From contig JAAYDF010000229.1 of NCBI GenBank assembly GCA_012729395.1, positions 299-64,298 of the forward strand: a DNA stretch of 64,000 bases. Direction: 5' to 3'. Both the position numbers and the translations under genes were made by a program. Below the pieces are notes generated by a model. That model was not told the origin of the DNA and did not search any database. It worked only from the letters and a program-made list of their open reading frames with translations. This document shows positions 8,531-18,724 of this stretch, piece by piece (within the stretch, counting starts at the first letter, position 1; the number at the start of each line of letters is the position of its first letter). This DNA is from Phycisphaerae bacterium. GTDB lineage: Bacteria; Planctomycetota; Phycisphaerae; UBA1845; PWPN01.

Positions 8531-10960
8531 ATGGCACGACACAGATCACCACGGCAACCGACGCCCCGGAAGCGACGTGCCCCCCCGCGCCAGCCAAGGG
8601 AGTCACTATCCCGCGCGCCCGTCGAGCCGTCCTATCCGAACCCGGATGCTGATCCTGCCATACCGGACGAAGCGTTTTTCGAGGACATGGGGCAGGAGGT
8701 CATACCACAGGTCCGCGAAGCGCTGATCCCCCCGGAGCGGTCGTTTTGGGAAGATACGGCAGCAGCCCGAGCTTATCTCAGGCACATGCCTCACCCGGCA
8801 GCGATCCTGGTGGGGCTGGGGGCCGGGTGGCAGTGGACCGGCCTGCGCCGCATGATTGCCTCGATCCTCGACGCTTCCCCCGGCACAGTCACCATGGTGG
8901 CCGCGGTGGTCTTCCTGGCTGCTTCGATCGGTCCGCGGGTACCCGGTCGGTTCATGCTAGCCATCGCTTCTCGACTCAGCGTTCGCTGGAGGCAAAGAAC
9001 GGCCGAGTTGACTGACGAAGAAGACGCCTTCTGGATGTTGCGAGCGATCCGTGACCGCGACGCGTCGCTGCTATGGTTGTCGTTCGCGGCATTGACCAGC
9101 ATCGCGGGGGGCGTCGCCTTGGCCACGCTGGCGGCGACGGGCCTGTTTGCGGCGGTTCATCGCTGGCTGATGGCGCACTTCCTGTGGACTGAGCTGACGC
9201 TCAGCCTGCTGGAATGGCTGAGCGTCACCCTGTTGGCGGGGGCGGCATGGGTCGTCAACGGCATGGTCGTGGCCGGCTTGGCCCCGGTCACAGGGGCCCG
9301 CTCGGACGCCCGCCAAAGCCCGCCCGGGATTGTCGGGGGGTTGCTGGTCGGACTGGGCTTATCGTGGATGCTGCACGAGGTGTGGTTGCTGTGGGGCATC
9401 TCCGGCCAGCAGGAATGGTTGCTGGGGGTATTGCCGGTCTTCGCGTTGTCGATCATCGCGGCGGTGATGACCAAGCGTTGCGAGTCGGCGGCGCCGCCTC
9501 TTCCTTCGCAGGAGTCGGACGCCCCGGAATTGACCGCGCATGCGGAAGGTTGGATTTGGCTATCGCTGGTGATGTGGGCCTGCGGGACGATGCTCGCCTT
9601 TCAGGGATGGTATGGTTGCCGTTCGTGGGATCTTCCGCCGAGGGGGTTGGCAGCGGGCGGGATAGGGTTTGGGGTGCTCCTGTTGGGTGCGGGGATGGCC
9701 CTGGCGTCGTGGCATGCCCAGTATCGGAAGCGGTCGCCTTCGGGCTGCGGGATGGCCTTGTGGGCGGCCGGCCTGGGCGTGGGCCTGGCTGCCAGCCTGA
9801 CCGCGTGGTGGTCGGCGGGCAGCGGGAGCGCCGTGGTTCAGCTCCTGGGCATGGCTCTTCCCGCGGGTTACGCACTGCATTATGCCGAGCGGGCGTGGCT
9901 GGCACGAGCGGGCAGTGAAACGCTGGGCTTCGCCCACATGACAACCGCCCTGCTCGCGGGCTGTGCGATCAGCCTCATCGCTGGCCGATGGTGGGTCCTG
10001 CCAGCGTTGGGTCCCATGGGCGCGATGAGCACCGGCACGCTGGCATTGTTGGCGTTCGGAGGTCTGGTCCAGATCTACGAAGAGGAGAGCCCCGCGCACA
10101 CTCAGCGATTGCGTTTGTCGTTGGTGTTCGCTTCGCTGGCGGCGGCGATCGTGCTTCTACCGGCCAACGCCCGCCTGTGGGGGCGGCAGGTATGGACCAG
10201 TCGGAATCTCCCGGCCGCGGGCACCATGCTGGCCGACTTCCTGCACAAAGACAACACCATCAAGAGAGTTCTCCTGATTGGAGCGGAGCCTCCCCGGAGC
10301 CTCGGCGAAGCGGATCTTCGCATCCGCGGCATCGACTGGGTACCGTTGCATCCCGAGCATCGCTCAGCGAGTCCATCATCCGCGAAACACGGCTCGGCGC
10401 AACCGCTCGGCCCAAACGGCTTTCGCACGCTGCGATTCCTGCGTGGCCGGTATGACTTGGTTTACCAGGCTTGCCCACCGCCGGGCCTGTCCTCCGGTGC
10501 TCCAGCCTATGCCGGGGAATGGCTAAGCCGGATAGCGGAGCAAACGACGCCCGGTGGGCAAGTAGTCCTGGAGGCGCCACTCGAACAGGCGACGGCCCAG
10601 ACCCTGCAAGTTTTGGGCATCACATTCGAGCAAGCGTTGCGGTCCGAAGGCTACTGCTGTCTTGCCGAATCAGGCACCCGGACGACCCTCTTGTTATGGT
10701 GCCGACCGGATCGATCGCGAGGCGTCAAGCCCGTGCTGCCGGGACAGTGGTTTCCGGTCAGCGCCTTGCTGAGTCCTAAGCACCACACACTGCAAGCACA
10801 TTCGCTACAGCGGGATCAACTCAGCGCCACCTTGCTGAGAGAGAACGCCAAGAACCTCGCGGACCTGACGGAATGGCTTCGCTCAAGAACCGCCATGTCC
10901 GTTCCCTCCCGCGGCAGCTCGATGGGCTCGAACACCACGGACAACGGGTCCTTGAGGTAG
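8531..10960 (+). CDS. large polytopic membrane protein with a degenerate C-terminal spermidine-synthase/SAM-methyltransferase-like domain
   Basis: More than 12 hydrophobic segments, then KRVLLIG, GRYDLVYQ and EWLSRIAEQTTPGGQVVL remnants resembling fused MFS/spermidine synthase proteins. Confidence 0.55.
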   Translation: MARHRSPRQPTPRKRRAPPRQPRESLSRAPVEPSYPNPDADPAIPDEAFFEDMGQEVIPQVREALIPPERSFWEDTAAARAYLRHMPHPAAILVGLGAGWQWTGLRRMIASILDASPGTVTMVAAVVFLAASIGPRVPGRFMLAIASRLSVRWRQRTAELTDEEDAFWMLRAIRDRDASLLWLSFAALTSIAGGVALATLAATGLFAAVHRWLMAHFLWTELTLSLLEWLSVTLLAGAAWVVNGMVVAGLAPVTGARSDARQSPPGIVGGLLVGLGLSWMLHEVWLLWGISGQQEWLLGVLPVFALSIIAAVMTKRCESAAPPLPSQESDAPELTAHAEGWIWLSLVMWACGTMLAFQGWYGCRSWDLPPRGLAAGGIGFGVLLLGAGMALASWHAQYRKRSPSGCGMALWAAGLGVGLAASLTAWWSAGSGSAVVQLLGMALPAGYALHYAERAWLARAGSETLGFAHMTTALLAGCAISLIAGRWWVLPALGPMGAMSTGTLALLAFGGLVQIYEEESPAHTQRLRLSLVFASLAAAIVLLPANARLWGRQVWTSRNLPAAGTMLADFLHKDNTIKRVLLIGAEPPRSLGEADLRIRGIDWVPLHPEHRSASPSSAKHGSAQPLGPNGFRTLRFLRGRYDLVYQACPPPGLSSGAPAYAGEWLSRIAEQTTPGGQVVLEAPLEQATAQTLQVLGITFEQALRSEGYCCLAESGTRTTLLLWCRPDRSRGVKPVLPGQWFPVSALLSPKHHTLQAHSLQRDQLSATLLRENAKNLADLTEWLRSRTAMSVPSRGSSMGSNTTDNGSLR

Positions 10961-11095
10961 ATTGGCGCGGCCCCACGATACGCGCCGACCCACGCGGGCG
11001 CTCACCAGAGGCGGCGGTGATTGGCATATTATCGGTCCAGGGACCTCGTTCGTGAATTGCGTTGCGGATCGCTGGATTGCCTGAAGCACTGAAGT

Positions 11096-11123
11096 TCAAG
11101 TGCCCCCCCCACCAGTCCGATGA
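11096..11123 (+). promoter_or_regulatory. sigma28-type promoter for the pilin gene
   Basis: TCAAG-N15-TCCGATGA, ~120 bp upstream of ATG 11244. Confidence 0.6.
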
Positions 11124-11243
11124 CTCCCGATGGAATGGACGGACATCCGCATCTGGCGATGCGGTCTCCCGGCTACACGTATCTCGGGGGATTGGTCAAT
11201 TACTAGGGGTGCGGCACTGCCGCAGCAGATGGAGACGTCAAAG

Positions 11244-11663
11244 ATGAGACGTGCCCGACAAGCATTCACGCTGGTAGAGGTTCTGATTGTGGTCATCGTC
11301 CTGGGGATTCTGGCTGCGATTGTCATCCCGCAGTTCACGGACGCCAGCACGGACGCGAAAGCCAGTTCACTGGAAACGAACAAGCAGATTGTTCGCGGCC
11401 AGGTCGAGCTGTACAAGCTCCAGCATGATGGCGAATACCCGGACGAGAAGACTTTCACGGACCAGATGACCAAGGCCAGCAAGATAGACGGGACGACCTC
11501 GGATCCCGGAAGTGCGGGCTTCGATCTGGGACCGTACCTGCAGTCGATCCCCAACAACCCGTACACCAGCACCAATACGGTGGGTTCGGGAGCGCGCGGT
11601 TCGAGCGCCTGGTACTTCAACTCGAAAACGGGCGAGTTCCGCGACAACCACACGCTGGACTAA
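11244..11663 (+). CDS. type IV pilin (GspG/PilA-like), probable major pilin
   Basis: Class III signal MRRARQA|FTLVEVLIVVIVLGILAAIVIPQF with Glu5; GPYLQSIPNNPY; own promoter and terminator. Confidence 0.9.
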   Translation: MRRARQAFTLVEVLIVVIVLGILAAIVIPQFTDASTDAKASSLETNKQIVRGQVELYKLQHDGEYPDEKTFTDQMTKASKIDGTTSDPGSAGFDLGPYLQSIPNNPYTSTNTVGSGARGSSAWYFNSKTGEFRDNHTLD

Positions 11664-11727
11664 CAGGGCATAGCCAGTCCAGGGTACATGAGCAGTCCGC
11701 ACCTGCCGGGCACGATCTCAACGATAC

Positions 11728-11774
11728 GTGGGTTCGTCAGACCATTGGGGGGGCTGGCGAACCCGCCTTTTTTT
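11728..11774 (+). terminator. intrinsic terminator after the pilin
   Basis: GTGGGTTCGTCAG / CTGGCGAACCCGC stem with GU pairs, followed by a T run. Confidence 0.75.
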
Positions 11775-12004
11775 CTCGCGGCATTCGGGGGCTGAGAGAT
11801 GGGAGGAGGTGCCGCGTTGCCGATCGCCATCATCCTTGGTCCACCTCGACCATGCATCCTCCCGAGGCCGTACTCACAACAGGCAGGCGTCCGTTCGACC
11901 GGGCCGCTCGCAAGATGAACTCTGCGACGGCAGGTTATCGGACCTGATGAGCCGCCGGACGACAACCGGGCACGAATTTCCGCAACCGACTGAAAACGAG
12001 ACCG

Positions 12005-12032
12005 TTAAGGTCGGATTCAGCGGCACCGATAA
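12005..12032 (+). promoter_or_regulatory. sigma28-type promoter for the pilM operon
   Basis: TTAAG-N15-ACCGATAA, close to the TAAA-N15-GCCGATAA consensus. Confidence 0.7.
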
Positions 12033-12136
12033 GAGTAACGAGTGCCCGGTGGTCGTGGAGCGTGTCATCAATGGCCGGGCGGCATATGCGCGAACCAGGC
12101 GGACCGCCGCCTGGACGCACGAGCGTGAGGGATACC

Positions 12137-13282
12137 GTGAGTCGTTCATTTTCCTGGGTACCAAGACACATCGGCCCGATCGGAATCGACTTCGGTGCGC
12201 GCGTGGTACGCATGCTCCAGTTGGCCCGCCACAAGGGGCAGCTCACGATGACCTGCTACGCCCAGCGCGAGATACCTGAAGGGGTGACCGATGCGGCGGA
12301 TCGCCGGCAACTCCAAATGCAGGCGGTCCAGGACATGCTCAAGACGGAGCGTTTCTCCGGGCGGAACACCGCGACGGCGTTAAGCTGGGATGATCTGAAC
12401 ATCCGGAATGTGCGTATACCCACCATGCCGGAAGGAGAGATTGCCACCGCTATCAGGTTTGAAGCTGGTGACCGCTTCGGCATGGACGCGACTCAGGCGG
12501 AGATGCGGTTTCTCGTGGCGGGCGATGTTCGTCAGGGGACTGACATCCGGCAAGAGGTCATCGTCCTGGCCGCCGGCCGAAAGGCGATCGATGCTCATGT
12601 GCAACGGCTGACTCAGGTGGGGCTTCACCCCGTCGCGATCGACGCCCAGCCGTGTGCGTTGTTCCGATGCTTTGAGCGGTTTCTGCGGCGAGACGAAGAC
12701 AGCAATCAAGTCAACGCGTTTGTGGACATTGGGTACACGGGCACACGGGTCATCATGTCCCGCGGCGCGGAGTTGACCTTCATCAAGTCGATCCCGATCG
12801 GCGGGAGGCGATTTGACGAGCTGGTCAGTGAGGGGATGGAACTCAGCACTACGGAGGCGGCCCAGCTCCGCATACGCCTTCACCGTTACCACGTCGCCAT
12901 GCTCACAGGTCAGGAGATGCGAATCGGCCCGGACGAGGCGGTGGGCGAGGGCATGCGGCGGGCAATACTTGACGCTCAGCGGCCGGCCTTGGAGCAGTTG
13001 AGCAAGGAAATCGCTCTGTGTATTCGCTATTGCTCGGTCACCTTCCGCGGCCCCCGGTCCGACTCGGTCACAGTCCTGGGGGGCGAGGCGTGCAATGCGG
13101 AGTTACTGCAGCTGCTTTCGGATCAGGTACATGTGCCGTTTCGAGTCGGCAAACCGATGCGGAACATCACTCTGGAGTCGGCCTACGGTAGCGCGGACAG
13201 GCGAACCGGGCAACCGGAATGGGCCACGGTGCTGGGTTTGGCCCTCAAGCCGACCATTGAAAACGCGGCGGTGGCATCATGA
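12137..13282 (+). CDS. pilM: type IV pilus assembly protein PilM
   Basis: IGIDFG, FVDIGYTGT, IPIGGRRFD, VLGGEA and GLALK actin-fold motifs; first gene of an MNOPQ array; start GTG 12137 inferred. Confidence 0.88.
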   Translation: MSRSFSWVPRHIGPIGIDFGARVVRMLQLARHKGQLTMTCYAQREIPEGVTDAADRRQLQMQAVQDMLKTERFSGRNTATALSWDDLNIRNVRIPTMPEGEIATAIRFEAGDRFGMDATQAEMRFLVAGDVRQGTDIRQEVIVLAAGRKAIDAHVQRLTQVGLHPVAIDAQPCALFRCFERFLRRDEDSNQVNAFVDIGYTGTRVIMSRGAELTFIKSIPIGGRRFDELVSEGMELSTTEAAQLRIRLHRYHVAMLTGQEMRIGPDEAVGEGMRRAILDAQRPALEQLSKEIALCIRYCSVTFRGPRSDSVTVLGGEACNAELLQLLSDQVHVPFRVGKPMRNITLESAYGSADRRTGQPEWATVLGLALKPTIENAAVAS

Positions 13283-13932
13283 AGGAACTAGACTTCCTGC
13301 CCTTGAGCTTCCACCAGGCGATCGCGAGAAGGCGAGAGCATCGCCGCAACACTGCGCTGTCCGTCGCGCTGGTGCTGGCGATGGGTATCCTGCATGTCGT
13401 GAACAACCAGCGTATCAACTCTGCGCAGGCTTCGCTGGCATCCTTGCGTGGGGCCTCGGGGGCATTTCAGAATGCCCGTGACCTCGCGGAGTCCTACCGG
13501 GTTCGCAAGGCGCTCCTGCTACAACAGACCGATTTGCTGAATCGACTCGAGGACAACGCTCCGCCGGACGCGGTACTCGCTGAGGTCACCCGGTACATGA
13601 CCAAGGCGATGGCCTTGCGGGCCATCGAGATTGCGAGTCGTGAAGGTCAAGCAAAGTCCGTCGAATCCGGCCGGCAGCGCGGCCGGGGGCAACCCGAGGC
13701 GGAAGAGGCGCGCGAGTTGATTCCCGTGCCTGAGCGAGAACTGACCGCGGTTCGGCTTACAGGCATCGCCGCAACCGACCTGGAAGTGGGCGTATTCTTT
13801 GGACGGCTGAGCTCCTCACCGTTGTTCGACGACGTTCAGATGGTCTTCTCGCAGGAGACCACGGTGCATGAGCAGCCGATGCGGGAGTTTCAGTTGACCT
13901 TTGTGGTCAAGCGTATCGAGATGACACCGTGA
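13279..13932 (+). CDS. pilN: type IV pilus assembly protein PilN
   Basis: N-terminal ELDFLP (INLLP-like), TM helix, coiled coil, LTGIA...LSSSPLFDDV...EFQL. Confidence 0.82.
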   Translation: MKELDFLPLSFHQAIARRREHRRNTALSVALVLAMGILHVVNNQRINSAQASLASLRGASGAFQNARDLAESYRVRKALLLQQTDLLNRLEDNAPPDAVLAEVTRYMTKAMALRAIEIASREGQAKSVESGRQRGRGQPEAEEARELIPVPERELTAVRLTGIAATDLEVGVFFGRLSSSPLFDDVQMVFSQETTVHEQPMREFQLTFVVKRIEMTP

Positions 13933-14471
13933 ACACGATGAAAATGAGTCTTGACCGGCGATCCGTTCTGTGGATCGTGGGGATCCTGGTTGCGACAGCG
14001 GCCTTCTGCGGCATGATCGTGCGACCGCAGTTTGGGCGGCTGGTTTCGCTGAACGCGATGATCGATCGTGAACATACAGAGATCACCTCTGGCCAGAACA
14101 GTCCCCAGTCCATCGCCCAACTGCAACAGGAGGTTGAAGAGCTAAGTCGGCTGGCCGCACGGTTTGACGAGCAGATTCCGCGTGAGGCGGACTTGGGCGG
14201 GATTGTGCAAACACTAGCCGCCTTCGCGGAGGCCCATCAACTGCGTCCGGACAGCATCAAGCCCGGAGCGGCGGTGACCTACTCCGATGTCACAGGGTTA
14301 CCGATCGCGATTCGAGTGCGCGGCCCCTTCCAAGCGATCTTTGAGTTGATCAAGAGTATCGAGCAATCGCCGAGGCTTACGCAAATGGAACGTTGCGCGG
14401 TCATCGCGGACAACGACGGAAAGGCGGTCACCGCCGAACTGGATTTCAGGGTGTTCTTCCGTGCCTCATGA
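13929..14471 (+). CDS. pilO: type IV pilus assembly protein PilO
   Basis: TM helix, coiled coil, QIPREADL, LPIAIRVRGPFQAIFELIKSIEQSPRL. Confidence 0.85.
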   Translation: MNTMKMSLDRRSVLWIVGILVATAAFCGMIVRPQFGRLVSLNAMIDREHTEITSGQNSPQSIAQLQQEVEELSRLAARFDEQIPREADLGGIVQTLAAFAEAHQLRPDSIKPGAAVTYSDVTGLPIAIRVRGPFQAIFELIKSIEQSPRLTQMERCAVIADNDGKAVTAELDFRVFFRAS

Positions 14472-15061
14472 GCGGGGCCGGTGATTGGTTAGGGATGAAC
14501 ATGGCAAACGGCAGGCCTCCAGTTCTGGTATTGATTCGGGCCCACCTGCAGGCGGACCCGAAGAAGACCGCCGTGCTGGGCCTGCTGGCCATCGTCATGG
14601 TCATCGTCTATGTGCGGATGTTCACGTCCGCGGAACGACCGCGAACGGCGGCGGCGAGTGAGCTCGTGACGGTGCCGGCGAGTCCTGCCCTTGAGGCGGA
14701 CCGGGGCGAGGGCTCTTCGCCCAACCGGACGAAGGCCCGAATCGCCCTGCGTGAGCCGGTCAACCGGCAATTGGTTCGCGATCCATTCGTGGTGCCGTCG
14801 CTCTACGTTGAGGCGGAGTCGCCGGTGAATCGGGAGGGCACGGCGGGCTTGTCCGGACAGGCTCTTGAGCGGGAGGTGCGGGCCGGGGCCCAAAACCTCG
14901 TGCTGCAAAGCACCATCTGCGGCCATAGGCCGTTGGCGACGATTAACGACCGCGTGCTTGGCGTCGGGGATGAAGTTGAAGGCTTCATCATCGAACAGAT
15001 CAAGCCAACCAGTGTGACGGTTCGGCGGGCCGGGGTTCTCGTGAGGCTGCCGCTGAAATGA
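14468..15061 (+). CDS. PilP/GspC-like assembly protein
   Basis: TM helix, RDPF motif, C-terminal LQSTICG..ATINDRVLGVGDEVEGFIIEQI; lies between pilO and the secretin. Confidence 0.7.
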   Translation: MSGAGDWLGMNMANGRPPVLVLIRAHLQADPKKTAVLGLLAIVMVIVYVRMFTSAERPRTAAASELVTVPASPALEADRGEGSSPNRTKARIALREPVNRQLVRDPFVVPSLYVEAESPVNREGTAGLSGQALEREVRAGAQNLVLQSTICGHRPLATINDRVLGVGDEVEGFIIEQIKPTSVTVRRAGVLVRLPLK

Positions 15062-15074
15062 GGGAGTGCTCGTC

Positions 15075-17483
15075 ATGATCAGGAAGATGTCAAGGATGAT
15101 GCCCCACGGACGGCGCACCCACGCGATGTGGGTGGCGTTGCTGTTGGTATTGCCGCTGATGTCGTTTCGGGGCAGCGATGCGCTCGGGCAGGCCCCGCCC
15201 ACGTCGCCGCAGGCCACCGCGACCGAATCGGTGATCGAGTTGGACAGTGCGACGCCGGAACCGCCCCTGAACCAGATTTTCGTGGACAGCCAAGGCCGTG
15301 TCGAGCTCCACGTGCGTGATCTCGATCTGGCCGCCGTACTGCAGATGCTGTCGATGCACAGCCGCCGCAACATCGTCGCGACGCAGGGAGTTCAAGGTCG
15401 CAAGGTGACGGCGAACCTTTACGACGTCACATTCGAGGAAGCGCTCGATGTCCTGCTGATCAGCCACAACTGCACCTGGCACAAGGCGGAAGGCTTCGTA
15501 TACGTCTACCCGAACACGCCGAGCGAGGAGAGCGAAGCCCGGCCACTGGACATTCAGGTAAGTCTTGACGGACGGGTGACTTTGCGGGCCTACGAGCAGC
15601 CGTTGAGCACCGTCTTGCAGGCACTCGCCAGCCAAGCCAACCGAAACATCATCCCCGACCCGGAGGCATCGGAGCGTCGCGTCAACGCGAACTTGAAGGA
15701 AGTACCCTTCGATCAGGCCTTGACCGCGATCCTCGACCAACACGGCGGGGGTTGGGAAGAGCAAGACAATCTGATCTACGTGTACTCGCCCGAAGCATGG
15801 GCCCGCAAGAGCATCGAGAAGAAAGAGGCGACTCTGCTGGAAACTCGCCTCTTCCGCCTGCATTACATCACCGCGGAAGAAGCGGAGAAGATGATTACTC
15901 CTTTGCTCAGCACGATCGAGGGTGAGGTCAGCGCCTTGAACCGCAGTGCCGAGCTTCGAGGGAACATCACACAAGAGCAGCAGCTTGAAGACTCATCGGG
16001 ATGGCGGGGACAATCGCCCGGCGGACAGCAGGACGGCGTCGCGTCTTCGGTGACGCGTTCGCGTCAGCTTCAGCCGGTCGGGCAGGGATCCTCGTCTTCA
16101 ACCGAGAAGGAGTTGGTCGAAACCATCCAGTCTGAGTCCGCGGCGTTCAGCATCGGTTCGAAGGATATGGACAACGCCTGGCTGCTGGTCCGCGACTACA
16201 AGGACAACTTGAACAAGATCGCGGAAGTTATCGCCCAGATCGACGCTCGCCCCAGGCAGGTCTTGGTGGAGGCTACGATTCTGCGAGCCCGGCTGGACGA
16301 GAACAACGCACTGGGCATCGATTTCAACTTTGTGGGCGGTGTCGATTTTCAGGCCTTGGGGTCGACGTCGACCGGTGTGACGGACCTCGTTACCGGGGAC
16401 TTGCCGCTCAACCGGATGAATGACACGAACATCACGACGCGTACGGACTTCAACGACGCGATCGCGCCGGGCGGGCTCACTTTCGGCTTGGTCAAGGGAT
16501 CCGTCAGCGTGTTCGTGCGAGCGCTGGAGGAGATCACGGACACGACCATCCTGGCCAACCCCAAGATGCTCGTCCTCGACAAGCAGGAAGGCCAAGTGCT
16601 TGTCGGCCGCGAGGACGGCTACCGCAACACGATCGTGACGCAGACGGCGGCCATTGAGACTGTTGAGCAGCTCCAGACGGGCACGAAATTCAGGTTTCGG
16701 CCCTTCATCGGGGACGATGGATTCGTGCGTGTCCAGGTCCGTCCCGAGGACAGCAGCGGCGGTCTGACCGGCGCCAACCTGCCCTTCAAGCAGACCACGG
16801 AGGTTGAAACCAGCGTGGTTGTGCGGGATGGGCACACGATCCTGATCGGCGGGCTGTTCCGCGAGATGTCATCGGCGGCCCGCGGGCAGGTCCCGGTGGT
16901 TGGCAACATTCCCGTGGCCGGAGCCCTCTTCCGCAACTCGCGAGACAACACACAGCGTGAGGAAGTCATCATCCTTCTGACTGTCCATGTGGTCAAGAAT
17001 GAAGCGGAGGCGGACAAGGCCAGCATGGCGGCCATGCAAGATGTCGAACGTTACCGGGTGGGCATGCGGCAGGGGCTGCAACTGCACGGCCGGGAACGGC
17101 TGGCCCAGGCGCATTACCGATGGGCACAAGAGCATCTGGCCAAGGGACACCGTGGGCAAGCGCTGTGGGATCTCGAATTGGCCCTCAACAACAACCCCAC
17201 CCTTGTGCCGGCCATGCGTTTGAAGGAACGCATCACCAGCCGCCGGGATTACGACGAGGATGGCAGTTCGGTGCGTGGCTTCGTGCGGCGTCAGATCATG
17301 CGGGAGACGGGTGAAATCGCCCCTCTCTTTGGCCGGCCTGAACCGCTACTCGACGACCTTCCTCTTCAAGGCCCCAGTGGGTTCGACGATGGCGACGGCT
17401 CGCCTCCACAGGCGACCGGCGGAGCAGCGCCCTTCACCACCCCGTCGCAGGAATCGACCACATCTGTCAAGGAGGACACCTGA
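15075..17483 (+). CDS. pilQ: secretin (PilQ/GspD) with two STN/N0-like domains and a C-terminal TPR-like extension
   Basis: FRLHYITA, IAQIDARPRQVLVEATIL, ILANP, VRDGHTILIGGL, VPVVGNIPVAGALFR, EEVIILLT. Confidence 0.9.
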   Translation: MIRKMSRMMPHGRRTHAMWVALLLVLPLMSFRGSDALGQAPPTSPQATATESVIELDSATPEPPLNQIFVDSQGRVELHVRDLDLAAVLQMLSMHSRRNIVATQGVQGRKVTANLYDVTFEEALDVLLISHNCTWHKAEGFVYVYPNTPSEESEARPLDIQVSLDGRVTLRAYEQPLSTVLQALASQANRNIIPDPEASERRVNANLKEVPFDQALTAILDQHGGGWEEQDNLIYVYSPEAWARKSIEKKEATLLETRLFRLHYITAEEAEKMITPLLSTIEGEVSALNRSAELRGNITQEQQLEDSSGWRGQSPGGQQDGVASSVTRSRQLQPVGQGSSSSTEKELVETIQSESAAFSIGSKDMDNAWLLVRDYKDNLNKIAEVIAQIDARPRQVLVEATILRARLDENNALGIDFNFVGGVDFQALGSTSTGVTDLVTGDLPLNRMNDTNITTRTDFNDAIAPGGLTFGLVKGSVSVFVRALEEITDTTILANPKMLVLDKQEGQVLVGREDGYRNTIVTQTAAIETVEQLQTGTKFRFRPFIGDDGFVRVQVRPEDSSGGLTGANLPFKQTTEVETSVVVRDGHTILIGGLFREMSSAARGQVPVVGNIPVAGALFRNSRDNTQREEVIILLTVHVVKNEAEADKASMAAMQDVERYRVGMRQGLQLHGRERLAQAHYRWAQEHLAKGHRGQALWDLELALNNNPTLVPAMRLKERITSRRDYDEDGSSVRGFVRRQIMRETGEIAPLFGRPEPLLDDLPLQGPSGFDDGDGSPPQATGGAAPFTTPSQESTTSVKEDT

Positions 17484-18724
17484 TGCGAGGCCTTGCCTGG
17501 ACAGTATGCATCATCGCCTTGGGCCTGGGATTGGCCGCATGCTCGGAGATGCGCCCAGAGGACAGCAAGAAGGAAGTGCGTCAGCACTGGGACACGATGC
17601 GTGCCCGGCTGAAGTACCAACTGGCCCTGGATAGCTTCAACTCCGGCCAACTTGACCAAGCCCACGAAAGGCTGCGGGAGTCGCTGGCGCTCGATTCGAT
17701 GGCCGCGCCCGCCTATGCGTTGCTCGGCAAGATCCTGCTGGAGCGTGGCGAAGTGGCGGCGGCCTCCCAGGCATTGGAGCAAGCGGCCCAGTACGGCGGC
17801 GACAAGCAGGGTGAGGTTCCCTACCTTCGCGGGCTGATCGCCCAGCGGTACGAACGGTTCGAGGAAGCTCTGAGTTGGTATCGGCAGGCCTCGTTCGCCG
17901 ACCCCATGAACGCTCACTATGTGGCGGCGGTGGCGGAGACACTGGTCGCTCTCGGCCGCCCCAACGAAGCTCTGGCCCTTGCCCGCGGCCGTTGGACCGA
18001 CTTCGAACAGAATGCGACATTGCGTTCGCTGACGGCGGGCATCGAGATGTTGTTGGGGCGATATGAAGAGGCGGCGGACGCCTACCGCGAGGCCCTGCGA
18101 CTGGCACCTCAGGATGATATCCTGCGCTGGCGGCTGGGTTCGGCCCTGGTTTTGGCCGGGCGTCACGAAGAAGCCGCTGACGTTCTGGCATGCGCGACTC
18201 AAAGCGACAAGCAAGCGCCGACAACCGCTCTGGTCGATCTGGGTCATGCGTCGCTGGAATTGGGGCGGGCGGATCAAGCCAAGACGCTGCTACGGCAGGC
18301 AACCAGTCAAGAACCAACGCTGGTGAGTGGTTGGCTGTGGCTGGCGCGGGCCTCGCTGATGTGCGAGGATCTGGTCACCGCCCGACGTTCCGCTCAAGAG
18401 GCCGTGCGTATCGAGCCGGACAACGACGGACATCACATTCTGCTGGCTTACGTGTGCCTGCGGCAGAAGGATTATCCAGCCGCGGAGGCATCCAGCCAGG
18501 TGATTCTCCGACAGCGTCCCGACGACCCACTGGCGCTCCATCTCCTGCATCTGGCACAGTCGCATCTCGATCTATCCGAGGCCTCGTACCGATCTCTGCC
18601 AATGACCTCTGAGTCCGACCCGGCGGCGGCCGGGCGTTTGGCGGAAATCTCCGAGCACGACATCGGCGGCTCGACCGCGCCGACCACCGAGGCCCACCTG
18701 AACAGGAGGGCTCGATCGCCATGA
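17483..18724 (+). CDS. TPR lipoprotein, probable secretin pilotin (PilF/Tgl-like)
   Basis: Lipobox LAAC, many TPR repeats, translationally coupled to the secretin. Confidence 0.75.
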   Translation: MRGLAWTVCIIALGLGLAACSEMRPEDSKKEVRQHWDTMRARLKYQLALDSFNSGQLDQAHERLRESLALDSMAAPAYALLGKILLERGEVAAASQALEQAAQYGGDKQGEVPYLRGLIAQRYERFEEALSWYRQASFADPMNAHYVAAVAETLVALGRPNEALALARGRWTDFEQNATLRSLTAGIEMLLGRYEEAADAYREALRLAPQDDILRWRLGSALVLAGRHEEAADVLACATQSDKQAPTTALVDLGHASLELGRADQAKTLLRQATSQEPTLVSGWLWLARASLMCEDLVTARRSAQEAVRIEPDNDGHHILLAYVCLRQKDYPAAEASSQVILRQRPDDPLALHLLHLAQSHLDLSEASYRSLPMTSESDPAAAGRLAEISEHDIGGSTAPTTEAHLNRRARSP

